Source of the DNA: an uncultured Gemmatimonadales bacterium
Lineage (GTDB): Bacteria > Gemmatimonadota > Gemmatimonadetes > Gemmatimonadales > GWC2-71-9
Length of the DNA stretch: 64,000 bases
Assembly: GCA_963695555.1 (NCBI GenBank)
Contig: CAVOGR010000002.1
Location: forward strand, 192,001 to 256,000
Direction of reading: 5' to 3'
The first letter of the stretch is position 1. Each line of letters begins with the position of its first letter. The position numbers and the translations under genes are program-made. This document shows positions 1-9,790 of the stretch, piece after piece. Below the pieces are notes generated by a model that made no database searches, was not told the DNA's origin, and worked only from the letters and a program-made list of their open reading frames with translations.

Positions 1-692
1 CTTGAACCCGGACGGAGGCGATCGCGAGCTTGGGAATGCCGCCCGCATGCTATCGGAGTGGGACCGCCGTTACTCCCGCGAAAATCAGCAGGCCATCTTG
101 TTCGAGCTGGCCATGGACGAGTTGGCGAGCCGTGCCTGGGATGAACTCGACGCCGAGGGCGGGCGGCGCGTCTATCACCCGTCCTCAACGGCCCTCGCCG
201 AGCTGCTCGCCGACTCCTCGAGCGTATGGTGGGACGATCGACGCACGCCAGCGCGAGAAACGCGGGATTCCATCCTCGGCCACAGCCTGCGCGCCGCATT
301 CAGCAGAGCGACCGAGCGCTACGGCGAGCCCGAATCCGGTGGCTGGCGGTGGGACCGGGTGCGCACCATGCGAATCCATCACCTGCTCCGCATCCCGGCG
401 TTGTCGGCATCTGGCGGTCCCAAACGCCGGAGGCACGGCTACCGTGAGCCCGATGACTGCAAGCGGGACGCACGGCGCCAGTTGGCGCATGGTCGTTGAA
501 ATGGGGCCCGAGGTCCGGGCCTGGACGACCTATCCCGGCGGACAGTCCGCGAACCCGGCCAGTAGGTTCTATGACGACCGCATCACCCAATGGTCTGCCG
601 GCGAGTTGGAGGCGGTGTTGCTCCCCATAGCCCCTGACGGCCTGAACCCCGATTCCGTCGTGGCACGTTTGGCGATGACGCGAGGCCGCTAG
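1..692 (+). pseudogene. 3' end of penicillin acylase (Ntn-hydrolase) family gene, interrupted by a +1 frameshift near nt 410 (pseudogene or sequencing error); 5' part lies outside the window
   Basis: Frame 2..~409 encodes WWDDRRTPARETRD...WRWDRV...HH; frame ~411..692 encodes GASWRMVVEMG...YPGGQSANPASRFYDD...W, the typical acylase beta-chain C-terminus. Removing T410 fuses them (IPALSA-LAVPNAGG). Confidence 0.75.
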
Positions 693-697
693 AGTCG

Positions 698-1069
698 ATG
701 CGGACCCTGCTTCGGATGGTCCTCTTGAGTGGTGCCTTCGCGCTGGCCACGGTGGCGCTGGGCTGGATTGCGGTGCCCATCGTCGGCTTCCTGTGGGGCG
801 TCATCGCGCGAGCCACTCGCCGTCCAGCGCTCACCGCCGCGGTCGCGGCCCTTGCTGCGTGGACCGTTCTCCTCGCCTGGACCGCCGTTACGGGCCGCTT
901 ATGGGCCCTGCTCACGAGGCTCGCAGGTGTTTTTGAGTTTCCCGGCGTCGGCATTCTCCTCGTGACCCTGGCGCTCGCCGGCACGCTGGCGGGACTCGGG
1001 GCGGTGATGGGAACCTCGCTGTCGAGCCTAGGCCGATTGTCACCACCGCCGTCGGCCTCGCGGCTCTAG
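698..1069 (+). CDS. small hypothetical membrane protein (~4 TM)
   Basis: 123-aa ORF, almost entirely hydrophobic helices, starts 5 nt after the upstream stop. Confidence 0.7.
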   Translation: MRTLLRMVLLSGAFALATVALGWIAVPIVGFLWGVIARATRRPALTAAVAALAAWTVLLAWTAVTGRLWALLTRLAGVFEFPGVGILLVTLALAGTLAGLGAVMGTSLSSLGRLSPPPSASRL

Positions 1070-1202
1070 CGCCCTGTTCCACCGCGGCATAAGTTTCCTT
1101 CAATCCGCCTGATGACGACCGACGCCCGCGATGCCGGGCGTTTTTCCACCCCGGACCCCGGGTAGGCGTCGCGATCGGCGCTGCACAAGGAGTTGGCCAC
1201 CC

Positions 1203-3347
1203 GTGGGTGACGTAACGGACATTCTTCTCGTCGGCCAGGACCAGCGCGACAGCGATCAGCTGCTCTGGGCGCTCGATATCCATGGAATGGCCCGTCGTAC
1301 CAAGGTGGTTCAGGTTGCCCAGGAAGCGCTGGACTGCCTCGTCCACACGCCGCCAGCCCTCATCCTGCTGGACATTGCTTCCCCGGCCAGCCCGGGCATC
1401 GAGGTGCTGTCGAAGGTCAAGGCGCACCCGGCGTTTCGGACCATCCCGATCGTCGCACTGAGTCGATCCGCCGATCCGGCCTTGGAGGCCGAGTTGACCC
1501 GGGCCGGTGTCAACAGCGTGGTGGTCCCACCGCGCACACCGGACAAGCTCCGCGAGGTCATGGGCCATGTCGTCCTCTACTGGATGTTGGTCAATCGCCC
1601 GGCCTTCAGTCCCATCCCGATACCGGCCCACCCACCAACCATCCCCGCAGAGAGGGCGAGCGAGCGGCTTCAGATCTTGATCGCCGACCGTAGCTTGGCC
1701 GACGCGGAGCCGGTCATCACCGCGCTCGAGGACGCTGGCTACCATCTTTCGATGGAGTTGGTGACCCAACTCGACGAGTTCGTGCAGTGCATTACCGAGC
1801 TCGAGTATGACGTCATCATCGCCGAGACCACGCTCCCACAATGGAGACTGTCCGACGCAATCGCCGCGCTCCGGGAACACGACTGCCCCGTCCCTTTGAT
1901 CATAGTCACCGGGACGCCATCGGCCGAGACGATGCGGGACGCGTTTGCCGCAGGAGCCCAGGATTACATCCGGAAAGATCAACTCGCTCATCTTCCAACG
2001 GCGGTCGCACGGGTGCTCCAGCAACGGGCGATTTTCGTGGCGGAGAAGTCGGAGCGACAGCGCGCTGTCGTTCGAGCGGAGCGGCAAGACCTGATCGTCG
2101 CCCTGTTGAAGACGGCCTGGGAAGCATCGGACCCGACAGTCGCCATCGAGGAAGCGGTCCGAGGGCTCGCGAGGGCCGTCTCCGCCGACGCCGGCGCATA
2201 CTTCGAGCTCCGGCCCAAGGAAGACCGGCTCTTCGTGCGAGCGGGCATCGACTGGCGTGAGGGAGTGGTCGGCCGCCTTACCATGGATGCCTACGCCGGA
2301 ACCGTGCTCGGCTTTGCCCTGGGGCAAGAGCCTCCCGTTCTGGTCACCGACTTCCACTCCGATCATCGATTTGCCACGCCTCCGCTGCTCAGCGATCATC
2401 AAATGCGAAGCGGACTCTGCGTTACCGTTGGCGGCGACGCCCAACGCGACGTCGGTGTCCTGGGCGTGTTCAGTAGGGTTTCCGGGCATTTCACCGAGGA
2501 CGATGAGGCCTTCACCCGTGAAATCGGCCGGGTCCTGACCCTGGTATTCCGCCGCGTGAGGGCTGACGAAGCGCCACGACTCCTCGACCACATGGCGGCC
2601 AACCTGGACCGGGGCATCATGATCCTCGGCCGCGACGGCCACAGCATGCCGGATGTCTTGTACGTCAATCCGGCCTTCACCAGCTTGACAGGCCTCGCGC
2701 CGAACGAGGTCGTCGGTGCCCCAGCCCACCACTTCTTACATCATCGTACTCGACGGACCGACCGCGTCACCATTCTGAAGGCCCTCAGGAAAGAGGGACG
2801 ATTCACTGGCGCCATCGACTTCGACCGAGTGGATGGGACGAGTTTCCGAGCCACCGTCAGCATCGCCCCATTGTCCACGACGGTATCGGCAGATACTCGC
2901 TGGCTCGTGGAAGCCCAGCCCTCTCCAGCACGGACGGACCGACGTCAGGCCACGAGCGAGACGATTCTCCTGGTCGAGCAGGAAGAGTCGATTCGGATCC
3001 AGGTTGCCGACATCTTGACAAAATATGGATACACCGTCCTTGCAACGTGCAATGCGGCAGAAGCGATGACCCAAGCGTCGGCGTGGAAGGGGCGGCTCGA
3101 TCTCCTCCTCACCGAACTCACCGAACTGGGGATCAGCGGTCCTCAGTTGGTGGAGCACGTTCGAGCGAAGCAGCCCGAAGTCAACGTGCTCTTCATCTCC
3201 AAGTACCGTGACCTGATGCTGGCCCTCCCCGACATGCCTGAAGAACGCATCGGGTGGCTCCACAAGCCCTTTCCGGACGAAGAACTCTTAGCCGGCGTCC
3301 GGCGGCTGCTGACGATCAGACGGGAAGAAGGGCAACACGGCCGCTGA
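1203..3347 (+). CDS. multi-domain signalling protein REC-REC-GAF-PAS-REC with no kinase or output domain
   Basis: Receiver-like segments (PALILLDIASP; YDVIIAE..IVTG..YIRK; ILLVEQE..LLLTE..HKPF), GAF (PVLVTDFHSDHRF..GVLGVFS..FTEDD), PAS (LYVNPAFTSLTG..EVVG). GTG start after AAGGAG. Confidence 0.8.
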   Translation: MGDVTDILLVGQDQRDSDQLLWALDIHGMARRTKVVQVAQEALDCLVHTPPALILLDIASPASPGIEVLSKVKAHPAFRTIPIVALSRSADPALEAELTRAGVNSVVVPPRTPDKLREVMGHVVLYWMLVNRPAFSPIPIPAHPPTIPAERASERLQILIADRSLADAEPVITALEDAGYHLSMELVTQLDEFVQCITELEYDVIIAETTLPQWRLSDAIAALREHDCPVPLIIVTGTPSAETMRDAFAAGAQDYIRKDQLAHLPTAVARVLQQRAIFVAEKSERQRAVVRAERQDLIVALLKTAWEASDPTVAIEEAVRGLARAVSADAGAYFELRPKEDRLFVRAGIDWREGVVGRLTMDAYAGTVLGFALGQEPPVLVTDFHSDHRFATPPLLSDHQMRSGLCVTVGGDAQRDVGVLGVFSRVSGHFTEDDEAFTREIGRVLTLVFRRVRADEAPRLLDHMAANLDRGIMILGRDGHSMPDVLYVNPAFTSLTGLAPNEVVGAPAHHFLHHRTRRTDRVTILKALRKEGRFTGAIDFDRVDGTSFRATVSIAPLSTTVSADTRWLVEAQPSPARTDRRQATSETILLVEQEESIRIQVADILTKYGYTVLATCNAAEAMTQASAWKGRLDLLLTELTELGISGPQLVEHVRAKQPEVNVLFISKYRDLMLALPDMPEERIGWLHKPFPDEELLAGVRRLLTIRREEGQHGR

Positions 3348-3441
3348 GGCACAAGGGAAACGGTGTGACGCGAGAAGATTGAAGCCGAACAAGGAACCCA
3401 CCGACGACGTTTCAACCCACATGCGTGAGAGAGGTGACGAG

Positions 3442-4035
3442 ATGCGTGTCATAGTCATAGCAGCAGCGGTTACGGCAGCTGGGTTGCATCCGGCCATTGC
3501 CGGCGCCCAGGCAAAGCCGATCGCTGAGCAGATTGCCGAGGCTGTTTTTGCATTACCCGAAGCGGACCGCGGCGGGGCCAAGGTGTGGGGCTGGCAAGAC
3601 GGCGCGGAGACCATGGTCATCCTCCGGCCAGGAACCAATGATCATGTCTGCCTGGCGGACAAGCCAGGCGACGACCGATTTGAAGCGTCGTGCTACGATG
3701 CGCGCCTCGAGCCCTTCATGGCCCGAGGGCGGGAACTCCGTGCCGAGGGGAAGGGCACGGGGGAAGTCAGGCGAATTCGCCAAAGTGAGATCGATGTGGG
3801 AACGCTGGTATTGCCCGATAGCTCGCGTCTCATCTCGCTTCGCGGCCAGATCGACCCGGCCACCGGGCGGCCGGACAGTGTGTCGGTGCTACGAGTCGTG
3901 TACCTGCCCAATGCTACCGCCGAATCGGCCGGCGTGCCGGTGTCGGCCCCACGCGGCGAGCCCTTCCTCATGGAAGCGGGTACATACCGGGCTCATCTCA
4001 TGATCCCGAGCGGACGCGTTCCCTTTGCGCCGTAG
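3442..4035 (+). CDS. secreted hypothetical protein
   Basis: Signal-peptide-like N-terminus (MRVIVIAAAV..AQA), GAGG RBS, paired Cys. Confidence 0.7.
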   Translation: MRVIVIAAAVTAAGLHPAIAGAQAKPIAEQIAEAVFALPEADRGGAKVWGWQDGAETMVILRPGTNDHVCLADKPGDDRFEASCYDARLEPFMARGRELRAEGKGTGEVRRIRQSEIDVGTLVLPDSSRLISLRGQIDPATGRPDSVSVLRVVYLPNATAESAGVPVSAPRGEPFLMEAGTYRAHLMIPSGRVPFAP

Positions 4036-4147
4036 CCGTCGAGGGCGGACAGCCAGCGGTCGAGCCGTGACGCGAAAGTCGTTGGGGACGTGGGGCCCGC
4101 GAACCCGGGGGTCAGGTTCCAAAGAACCGGGGCAGTATCTCCGGGCC

Positions 4148-5368
4148 ATGCGGCGTGTACCGCCTCTAGCGCTTCTCGCTGCGGTCATCGTCCCGTCGAT
4201 GGTAGCGGCCCAGGTCGTTGGATCGCCTGCCCCACCGCCAGACTGGGCCGGTTTTACCCGTGCCTTTGACGCCTACGCGACTCGGGATAGCATCGTAGGT
4301 GCCAGCGTGCTCGTTCTGCGCGACGGTCGGGTTGAGGCCCGCCACAATTTTGGATGGGGCGATCGCGCGCTCGGTCAGCCGGCCGACACCAACACCATCT
4401 ATCATTGGGGATCGATCACCAAGACGCTCACCGCCGTCGCCGTGATGCAGCTCCGCGATCGCGGCCAGCTGACGCTCGACGATCATATCACCGACTACAT
4501 CCCCGAACTCAGGCAAGTGCACAACTCGTACGGGGAGATGAACGACGTCACCATCCGGATGTTGCTCTCCCACTCAGGCGGCTTCCAAGGCCCGACCTGG
4601 CCGTACGACCAGGGCGAGCCATGGGAACCGTTCGAGCCCACACGTTGGGAGCAACTCGTCGCGATGATGCCGTACCAACGGCTGTACTTCCCGCCTGGCT
4701 CCCGGTTTGGCTACAGCAACCCGGCGTTCATCTACCTTGCGCGCATCATCGAGCAGCTCACCGGGGATGCCTGGCAAACGTACGTTTCCAAGAACCTGCT
4801 CATGCCCTTGGGCATGACCCGAAGCTACTTCGGGACGACACCGTACTACTTGGCGCCGTTCCGGTCCAACAACTACACCGTGACCGCAAATAGCGCCGGC
4901 CGAGAGACGGTGCACGCTAACGGCCGCGATTTCGACCCCGGGATCACAATCCCGAACGGCGGCTGGAACGCGCCACTCGGCGACCTGGTCCGGTGGATTG
5001 CGTTCCTCACCAATGCCACGGGTGGCGACAGTGCGACCGTGCATCGCTATGACACGGTCCTCCGGCACGCAACGCTCGTGGAGATGTGGAAGGCCCGCTA
5101 CCTCGCCAGCGACCCGGTCGCTGACGCCGACCCCAACGCGGTCGCCGATTCCATGGGCCTGTCGTTCTTTATCCTGTGGCGGCATCGCACGCGTTTCGTC
5201 GGCCACACCGGAAGCCAGGCCGGCTTCCGATCGTTCCTGTATTTCGACCCAACGAACCGTGCGGCGGTGCTCGCCTCGTTCAATACCAGCAATGACGTCG
5301 GGCCCGAAGCGTCCGCGACCGGTTTCCGCGCCATTCGAGACGCCGCATTGAAGCTGATCGCGCCCTAG
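4148..5368 (+). CDS. serine hydrolase, beta-lactamase class C/PBP-like family, secreted
   Basis: SxxK (GSITK), LLSHSGG, YSN and HTG motifs; signal peptide. Confidence 0.9.
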   Translation: MRRVPPLALLAAVIVPSMVAAQVVGSPAPPPDWAGFTRAFDAYATRDSIVGASVLVLRDGRVEARHNFGWGDRALGQPADTNTIYHWGSITKTLTAVAVMQLRDRGQLTLDDHITDYIPELRQVHNSYGEMNDVTIRMLLSHSGGFQGPTWPYDQGEPWEPFEPTRWEQLVAMMPYQRLYFPPGSRFGYSNPAFIYLARIIEQLTGDAWQTYVSKNLLMPLGMTRSYFGTTPYYLAPFRSNNYTVTANSAGRETVHANGRDFDPGITIPNGGWNAPLGDLVRWIAFLTNATGGDSATVHRYDTVLRHATLVEMWKARYLASDPVADADPNAVADSMGLSFFILWRHRTRFVGHTGSQAGFRSFLYFDPTNRAAVLASFNTSNDVGPEASATGFRAIRDAALKLIAP

Positions 5369-5509
5369 GCTGCTGTGGATCCCGCCCGTTCCAGTCTTCG
5401 CAGGAAACCTCAGGAGTTTTGAGGTCGTAGGTACCGGGATCCGGTTTCCATCGTTACAATGGGAACCTTCCGAATCCGCGCCCGACAATCCGTAACCTGA
5501 GGTACTGCA

Positions 5510-7543
5510 ATGTCCCGTGTCGTTTCCAAGACGCTCCAATCGCTGACGGCCCTTGCCCTGTTTCCGGTGGCCGTCGGCGCCCAGTTGCCTGCCGCCAGTC
5601 CCGAGCAGGAGGCCGCCGGGCTCAAGGTGGCGCATGTGCAGATCGAGCCCAGTGCCCTCGAAATCACCCGAGGCGACACGGCGCGGCTGCGTGCAGTGGT
5701 GCATGGCCAAGATGGCAGCGTCATGCCCGGTGCGCAGGCCCTGTTCTTCTCCCCAAGTCGAGCCGTTCAGGGCCAGGGCATCGTCCAGGATGAAACCATG
5801 GTGGTTATCGGGCGTGAACCCGGCGAAGCGAATGTCCTGGTCTTTGTCCGAGTCCCGAGTGATTCGGCGAGTTTTCAGGGAATCGGCGGACTCAAACAGA
5901 TGGCCGCGGTTCCGATTACGGTCAAGGACTGGTCGGTCGCGCGAGTGGAGATCGAGCCACCCAGCTTCACTCCGTACACCGGCAGCACCTTTAAGCTCCA
6001 GGCTCGAGCCCTGACGGACCATGGCACCGAGCATTCCACCGCAAGGGTAGCCTGGCGAAGCGAGAACCCGGCGATCGCATCGATCACGCCAGGAGGCGTC
6101 GTCACCCCGAGCAAGGTTGGAACAGTTGCCCTCGTGGCAAGTACCGAGACCGGCGTGACCGCTCGATACTCGATGACCGTGGCGAAGAATCCGGTTGCCC
6201 GGCTGACAATCTCGCCCACGGCGGCGTCTGCCCGAACGGGTGACGTGGTGTCTCTCGACGTCCAGGCCCTCGACGGGAAGGGCCGGCCGGTTGATGGACT
6301 CGCGCTGGCCTATTCGGTGTTCGGCATCGACTCGGCCGGGGCGACAGTCTATCCCGACGGTGCCTTCGTCGCGGAGTATCCCGGCGCCTACCGAGTGGTG
6401 GCGAGCACCGGCGGTCAATCCGCCGAAGCTATCGTCGAAGTCACCCGGCGGCCCCCGCCAACCCCGGCCCAAAAGGTGGGACAAGGCGTGCGAACGGAAG
6501 TCTCGACGAGCGATCTCTGGGTCTTTGCGGGCAAGGATGGCCGGGACTACGCCTACACGGGGACCCACGCACAGGGCGGCGGTCAGCGCATGTTCGTGTG
6601 GGACGTTTCCGATCCGGCCAACATCCAGCTGATCGATTCGGTGGTGGTCGATGCCCGCGTGGTGAACGATGTCAAGGTCAACGCGGACGCTTCCTGGGCC
6701 ATCATCACGCGCGAGGGGGCGAGCACCCGCCAGAACGGGATCGTCGTGCTCGATCTCGCTGATCCGGCCCACCCCAAGGTCATTGCCGAGCTGACCGACC
6801 AGTTGACGTCGGGAATCCATAACGTGTGGATCAATGGCAACTTCGTGTATGCCGTCAACGATGGGACCGCGTCGATGAACATCATCGACCTGAGCGATCC
6901 CGCCCATCCACGTCACGCGGGTCACTGGGAAATCCGACCCGGCGAAAGCAACAAGACGCTGCACGATATCTGGTCGGACGGCACGTTCCTGTATCTGTCG
7001 TATTGGAACGATGGCCTCGTGATTCTGGACATCAGTGGACGTCACGGCGGGACGCCGACCGAGCCCGCGTTCGTCTCGAAGATTGCGTACAGTCAGGGAA
7101 ATACCCACACCGCGTGGCGGGAGGGGAAGTACGTCTTCGTCGGCGACGAGATATTCGGCTGCCCGGAGTGCATCAACGGTCCGAGGGGATACATCCATGT
7201 CATGGACGTGAGCGACATCGACACTCCCAAGGAAGTTGCGAAGTTCGAGGTGCCGGAGGCCGGCACCCACAACATTTGGGTCGAGGACGGCGTCCTCTAC
7301 ATCGCGTACTACCAGGGAGGCCTGCGCATCGTTGACGTCAGCGGCGAATTGCGGGGCGACCTCTACCGCCAAGGACGCCAGATCGGCTGGATTCCCACAG
7401 CCGCGGGCGACGGCGAGGCGTTGGTGCCAAATTCCCCCATGGCATGGGGACCACAACCCTTCAAGGGCCATATCTTCGTCAGCGACATGAATAGCGGTCT
7501 CTGGGCGGTCAAGCACGAGCGGCCGCAACCGCTGATTCCGTAG
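5510..7543 (+). CDS. secreted protein with Ig-like (Big_2) domains and C-terminal LVIVD-repeat beta-propeller
   Basis: Signal peptide; VAWRSENPAIASITPGGVVT Ig motif; repeated GIVVLDLADP/NIIDLSDP/GLVILDIS/GLRIVDVS units. Confidence 0.85.
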   Translation: MSRVVSKTLQSLTALALFPVAVGAQLPAASPEQEAAGLKVAHVQIEPSALEITRGDTARLRAVVHGQDGSVMPGAQALFFSPSRAVQGQGIVQDETMVVIGREPGEANVLVFVRVPSDSASFQGIGGLKQMAAVPITVKDWSVARVEIEPPSFTPYTGSTFKLQARALTDHGTEHSTARVAWRSENPAIASITPGGVVTPSKVGTVALVASTETGVTARYSMTVAKNPVARLTISPTAASARTGDVVSLDVQALDGKGRPVDGLALAYSVFGIDSAGATVYPDGAFVAEYPGAYRVVASTGGQSAEAIVEVTRRPPPTPAQKVGQGVRTEVSTSDLWVFAGKDGRDYAYTGTHAQGGGQRMFVWDVSDPANIQLIDSVVVDARVVNDVKVNADASWAIITREGASTRQNGIVVLDLADPAHPKVIAELTDQLTSGIHNVWINGNFVYAVNDGTASMNIIDLSDPAHPRHAGHWEIRPGESNKTLHDIWSDGTFLYLSYWNDGLVILDISGRHGGTPTEPAFVSKIAYSQGNTHTAWREGKYVFVGDEIFGCPECINGPRGYIHVMDVSDIDTPKEVAKFEVPEAGTHNIWVEDGVLYIAYYQGGLRIVDVSGELRGDLYRQGRQIGWIPTAAGDGEALVPNSPMAWGPQPFKGHIFVSDMNSGLWAVKHERPQPLIP

Positions 7544-7627
7544 CACGTTGTTCGACGGCACACGAGTCCCTCACCAGGCGTCGGTCCTCGATGCCGGGTG
7601 AGGGATTTCGACACGAATGAGGATTAC

Positions 7628-8767
7628 ATGTTGAAGTCTCGAGGCGTGCTCGGTCTAGGATTCCTCTCGTTCCTCACCGCTTGCGCCGCGGCGCCGAGTG
7701 GGGCCCAAGCCGGTGCCAAGGCAGCCCCACCGCCGCACGCAGGCACCTACACGATCTACGTCGCCAACGAATCCTCCGATCTGATCTCTCGGGTCCGATT
7801 TGACGGGAAAGTCGCCGTTGAAGAAAAGACCATCGCGGTGGGGATCATGCCGGCCGATCTCGATGGCGCCCATGGCCTGACGGTCTCGCCGCGCGGCGAC
7901 TATTGGTTCGTCTCGCTGGCTCACGGCACGCCGTTCGGCAAGGTGTGGAAATTCGCCACCGGAGTCGATACGCTGGTCGATTCCCTCACCGTGGGATCAT
8001 TCCCCGCCTCGATGGCGCTCACCCCGGACGGCTCCGGACTGTTTGTCGTCAATTTCAACCTATATGGTCGGCATGTCCCCAGTTCGGTCTCGGCCGTGTT
8101 TACACCATTCATGCGTGAGTCCAATCGCATTCAGACATGCGTCATGCCGCACGGCAGCTCAATCACCCATGACGGCCGGCGGCATTTCTCCACCTGTATG
8201 ATGAGCGATCAGCTGGTTGAGATCTCGACCGAGGATGAGGAGGTCACTCGCCGCGTCTCATTGACTCCCGGTCAGGAGCGTCTTCTCCCGGTCGACGACC
8301 AGGGAGCCGAGCACGCGATGGGCGGCCAACGATGCAAGCCGACGTGGGTCGCCATTGCCCCAGACGACAGCCGGCTCTACGTGCCGTGTAACGGGCATGC
8401 CGAGATCGTGGAACTCGACGCGACGACGCTCGCGGTGACGCGCCGCTTCCCAACCGGCAAGGGGCCGTACAACGCAGCCGTGAGCCCGGACGGTCGTTTC
8501 CTCTTGGCGACGCTCAAGGGGGCGCAGGGGCTCGCGATTATTGCCCTCGGTACCGGCGCTGAGGTTCGGGTTCCTACGACGCAGCCCATCACCCACGGCG
8601 TCACGATCTCGCCCGACTCTCGGTACGCCTTCGTGTCCAATGAAGCAATCGGGGCTGTCCGCGGAACGGTCGATGTGATCGACCTCCGCACGAAGGAGCT
8701 GGTGGCATCGACCCAGGTGCAGTACCAGCCGGGTGGAATCGCATTCTGGCAGATGACGAGTCCGTAG
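7628..8767 (+). CDS. YncE/YVTN-type beta-propeller lipoprotein
   Basis: Lipobox LTAC; repeats YVANES, HGLTVSP, PYNAAVSPDG, HGVTISPD, VDVIDL. Confidence 0.85.
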   Translation: MLKSRGVLGLGFLSFLTACAAAPSGAQAGAKAAPPPHAGTYTIYVANESSDLISRVRFDGKVAVEEKTIAVGIMPADLDGAHGLTVSPRGDYWFVSLAHGTPFGKVWKFATGVDTLVDSLTVGSFPASMALTPDGSGLFVVNFNLYGRHVPSSVSAVFTPFMRESNRIQTCVMPHGSSITHDGRRHFSTCMMSDQLVEISTEDEEVTRRVSLTPGQERLLPVDDQGAEHAMGGQRCKPTWVAIAPDDSRLYVPCNGHAEIVELDATTLAVTRRFPTGKGPYNAAVSPDGRFLLATLKGAQGLAIIALGTGAEVRVPTTQPITHGVTISPDSRYAFVSNEAIGAVRGTVDVIDLRTKELVASTQVQYQPGGIAFWQMTSP

Positions 8768-8815
8768 GGGATCCGCTGGCCCGGCCGGCCAGGGGGGTGC
8801 TAGTTTCCGCCACCC

Positions 8816-9790
8816 ATGGACCCTCTCTGCCACACGTTGGTCGGTGCCAGCCTGGCTCAGGCCGGTCTCAAACGTCGCACCGCGCTCGGCACCGCGACCC
8901 TCCTGATCGGGGCCAACCTCCCCGACGTGGACTTCGTGTCCCGCGCCTGGGGCACCGTCCCGATGCTGGAATGGCGGCGGGGCTGGACCCACGGCGTGCT
9001 CGCCCTGGCCGTCCTACCCATCTTGTTGACCGGTCTCATGCTTGCCTGGGACCGGGTGGGCCGAAAGAGATCTTCAGACAAGATTCCGGTCTCCGCTAAA
9101 CAGCTCCTGCTACTATCCGGCGTTGCCGTCCTGACCCACCCGACCCTCGATTGGCTCAACACCTACGGGATGCGATGGCTGATGCCCTTCTCCGACCGAT
9201 GGTACTACGGGGATGCGCTCTTTATCGTCGACCCGTGGGTGTGGCTGGTGCTGGCGGCCGGAATTGTCCTCAGCCTGTCCCGCGAACGCCGCCACAGTGC
9301 CGCGTCGTCGGGGCGGCCAGCCCTGGTGGCGCTGGCTCTGGTTACGGTGTATATCCTATCGATGTTCGGGCTGAGCGCCGTCACCGAGCGCCGCTTGGCC
9401 AGCGCCTACGCGTCGCAAACGGGCGTTGCTCCGATCTACGTGATGGCCGGTCCGGTCCCTCTGAATCCTCTCCGCCGATCGATCGTGATCCAGACCCGCG
9501 ATCACTATGTGGTCGGCGACTATTCGTGGCTGCCGGCCGGATGGACGGAAGGCGAACGCACCTATCCAACACTCCAGCGGGGGATGCGTGATTCGAACGT
9601 CCACCACGCCGTGACCCAACCCGCCGGACGCGGGTTCCTGAGCTGGACTCGGTTTGCGACATACACGGTGGAGGATACGACCAAACCATCGATAGTGCAT
9701 TTAATCGATCTTCGGTACGCAACCGAGCCCACTGCGCCTTTCGGCACCGTTGCGATACCGCCTACCACATCTGGACGAGGCACACCATGA
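8816..9790 (+). CDS. membrane-bound metal-dependent hydrolase (YdjM/DUF457-like)
   Basis: MDPLCHTL, NLPDVD, RRGWTH, THPTLDWLNTYG motifs. Confidence 0.85.
   Translation: MDPLCHTLVGASLAQAGLKRRTALGTATLLIGANLPDVDFVSRAWGTVPMLEWRRGWTHGVLALAVLPILLTGLMLAWDRVGRKRSSDKIPVSAKQLLLLSGVAVLTHPTLDWLNTYGMRWLMPFSDRWYYGDALFIVDPWVWLVLAAGIVLSLSRERRHSAASSGRPALVALALVTVYILSMFGLSAVTERRLASAYASQTGVAPIYVMAGPVPLNPLRRSIVIQTRDHYVVGDYSWLPAGWTEGERTYPTLQRGMRDSNVHHAVTQPAGRGFLSWTRFATYTVEDTTKPSIVHLIDLRYATEPTAPFGTVAIPPTTSGRGTP

Noticed and set aside
4148..5368. Bona fide beta-lactamase resistance gene
   Set aside because: Motifs define only the broad serine hydrolase family; no mobile context
4574..7561. 995-aa minus-strand ORF (also 912..2732, 19014..20456, 22633..23823, 46394..47578, 48687..50084, 62026..63033)
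   Set aside because: Antisense shadows of clear genes; high-GC codon bias suppresses stops; no recognisable motifs
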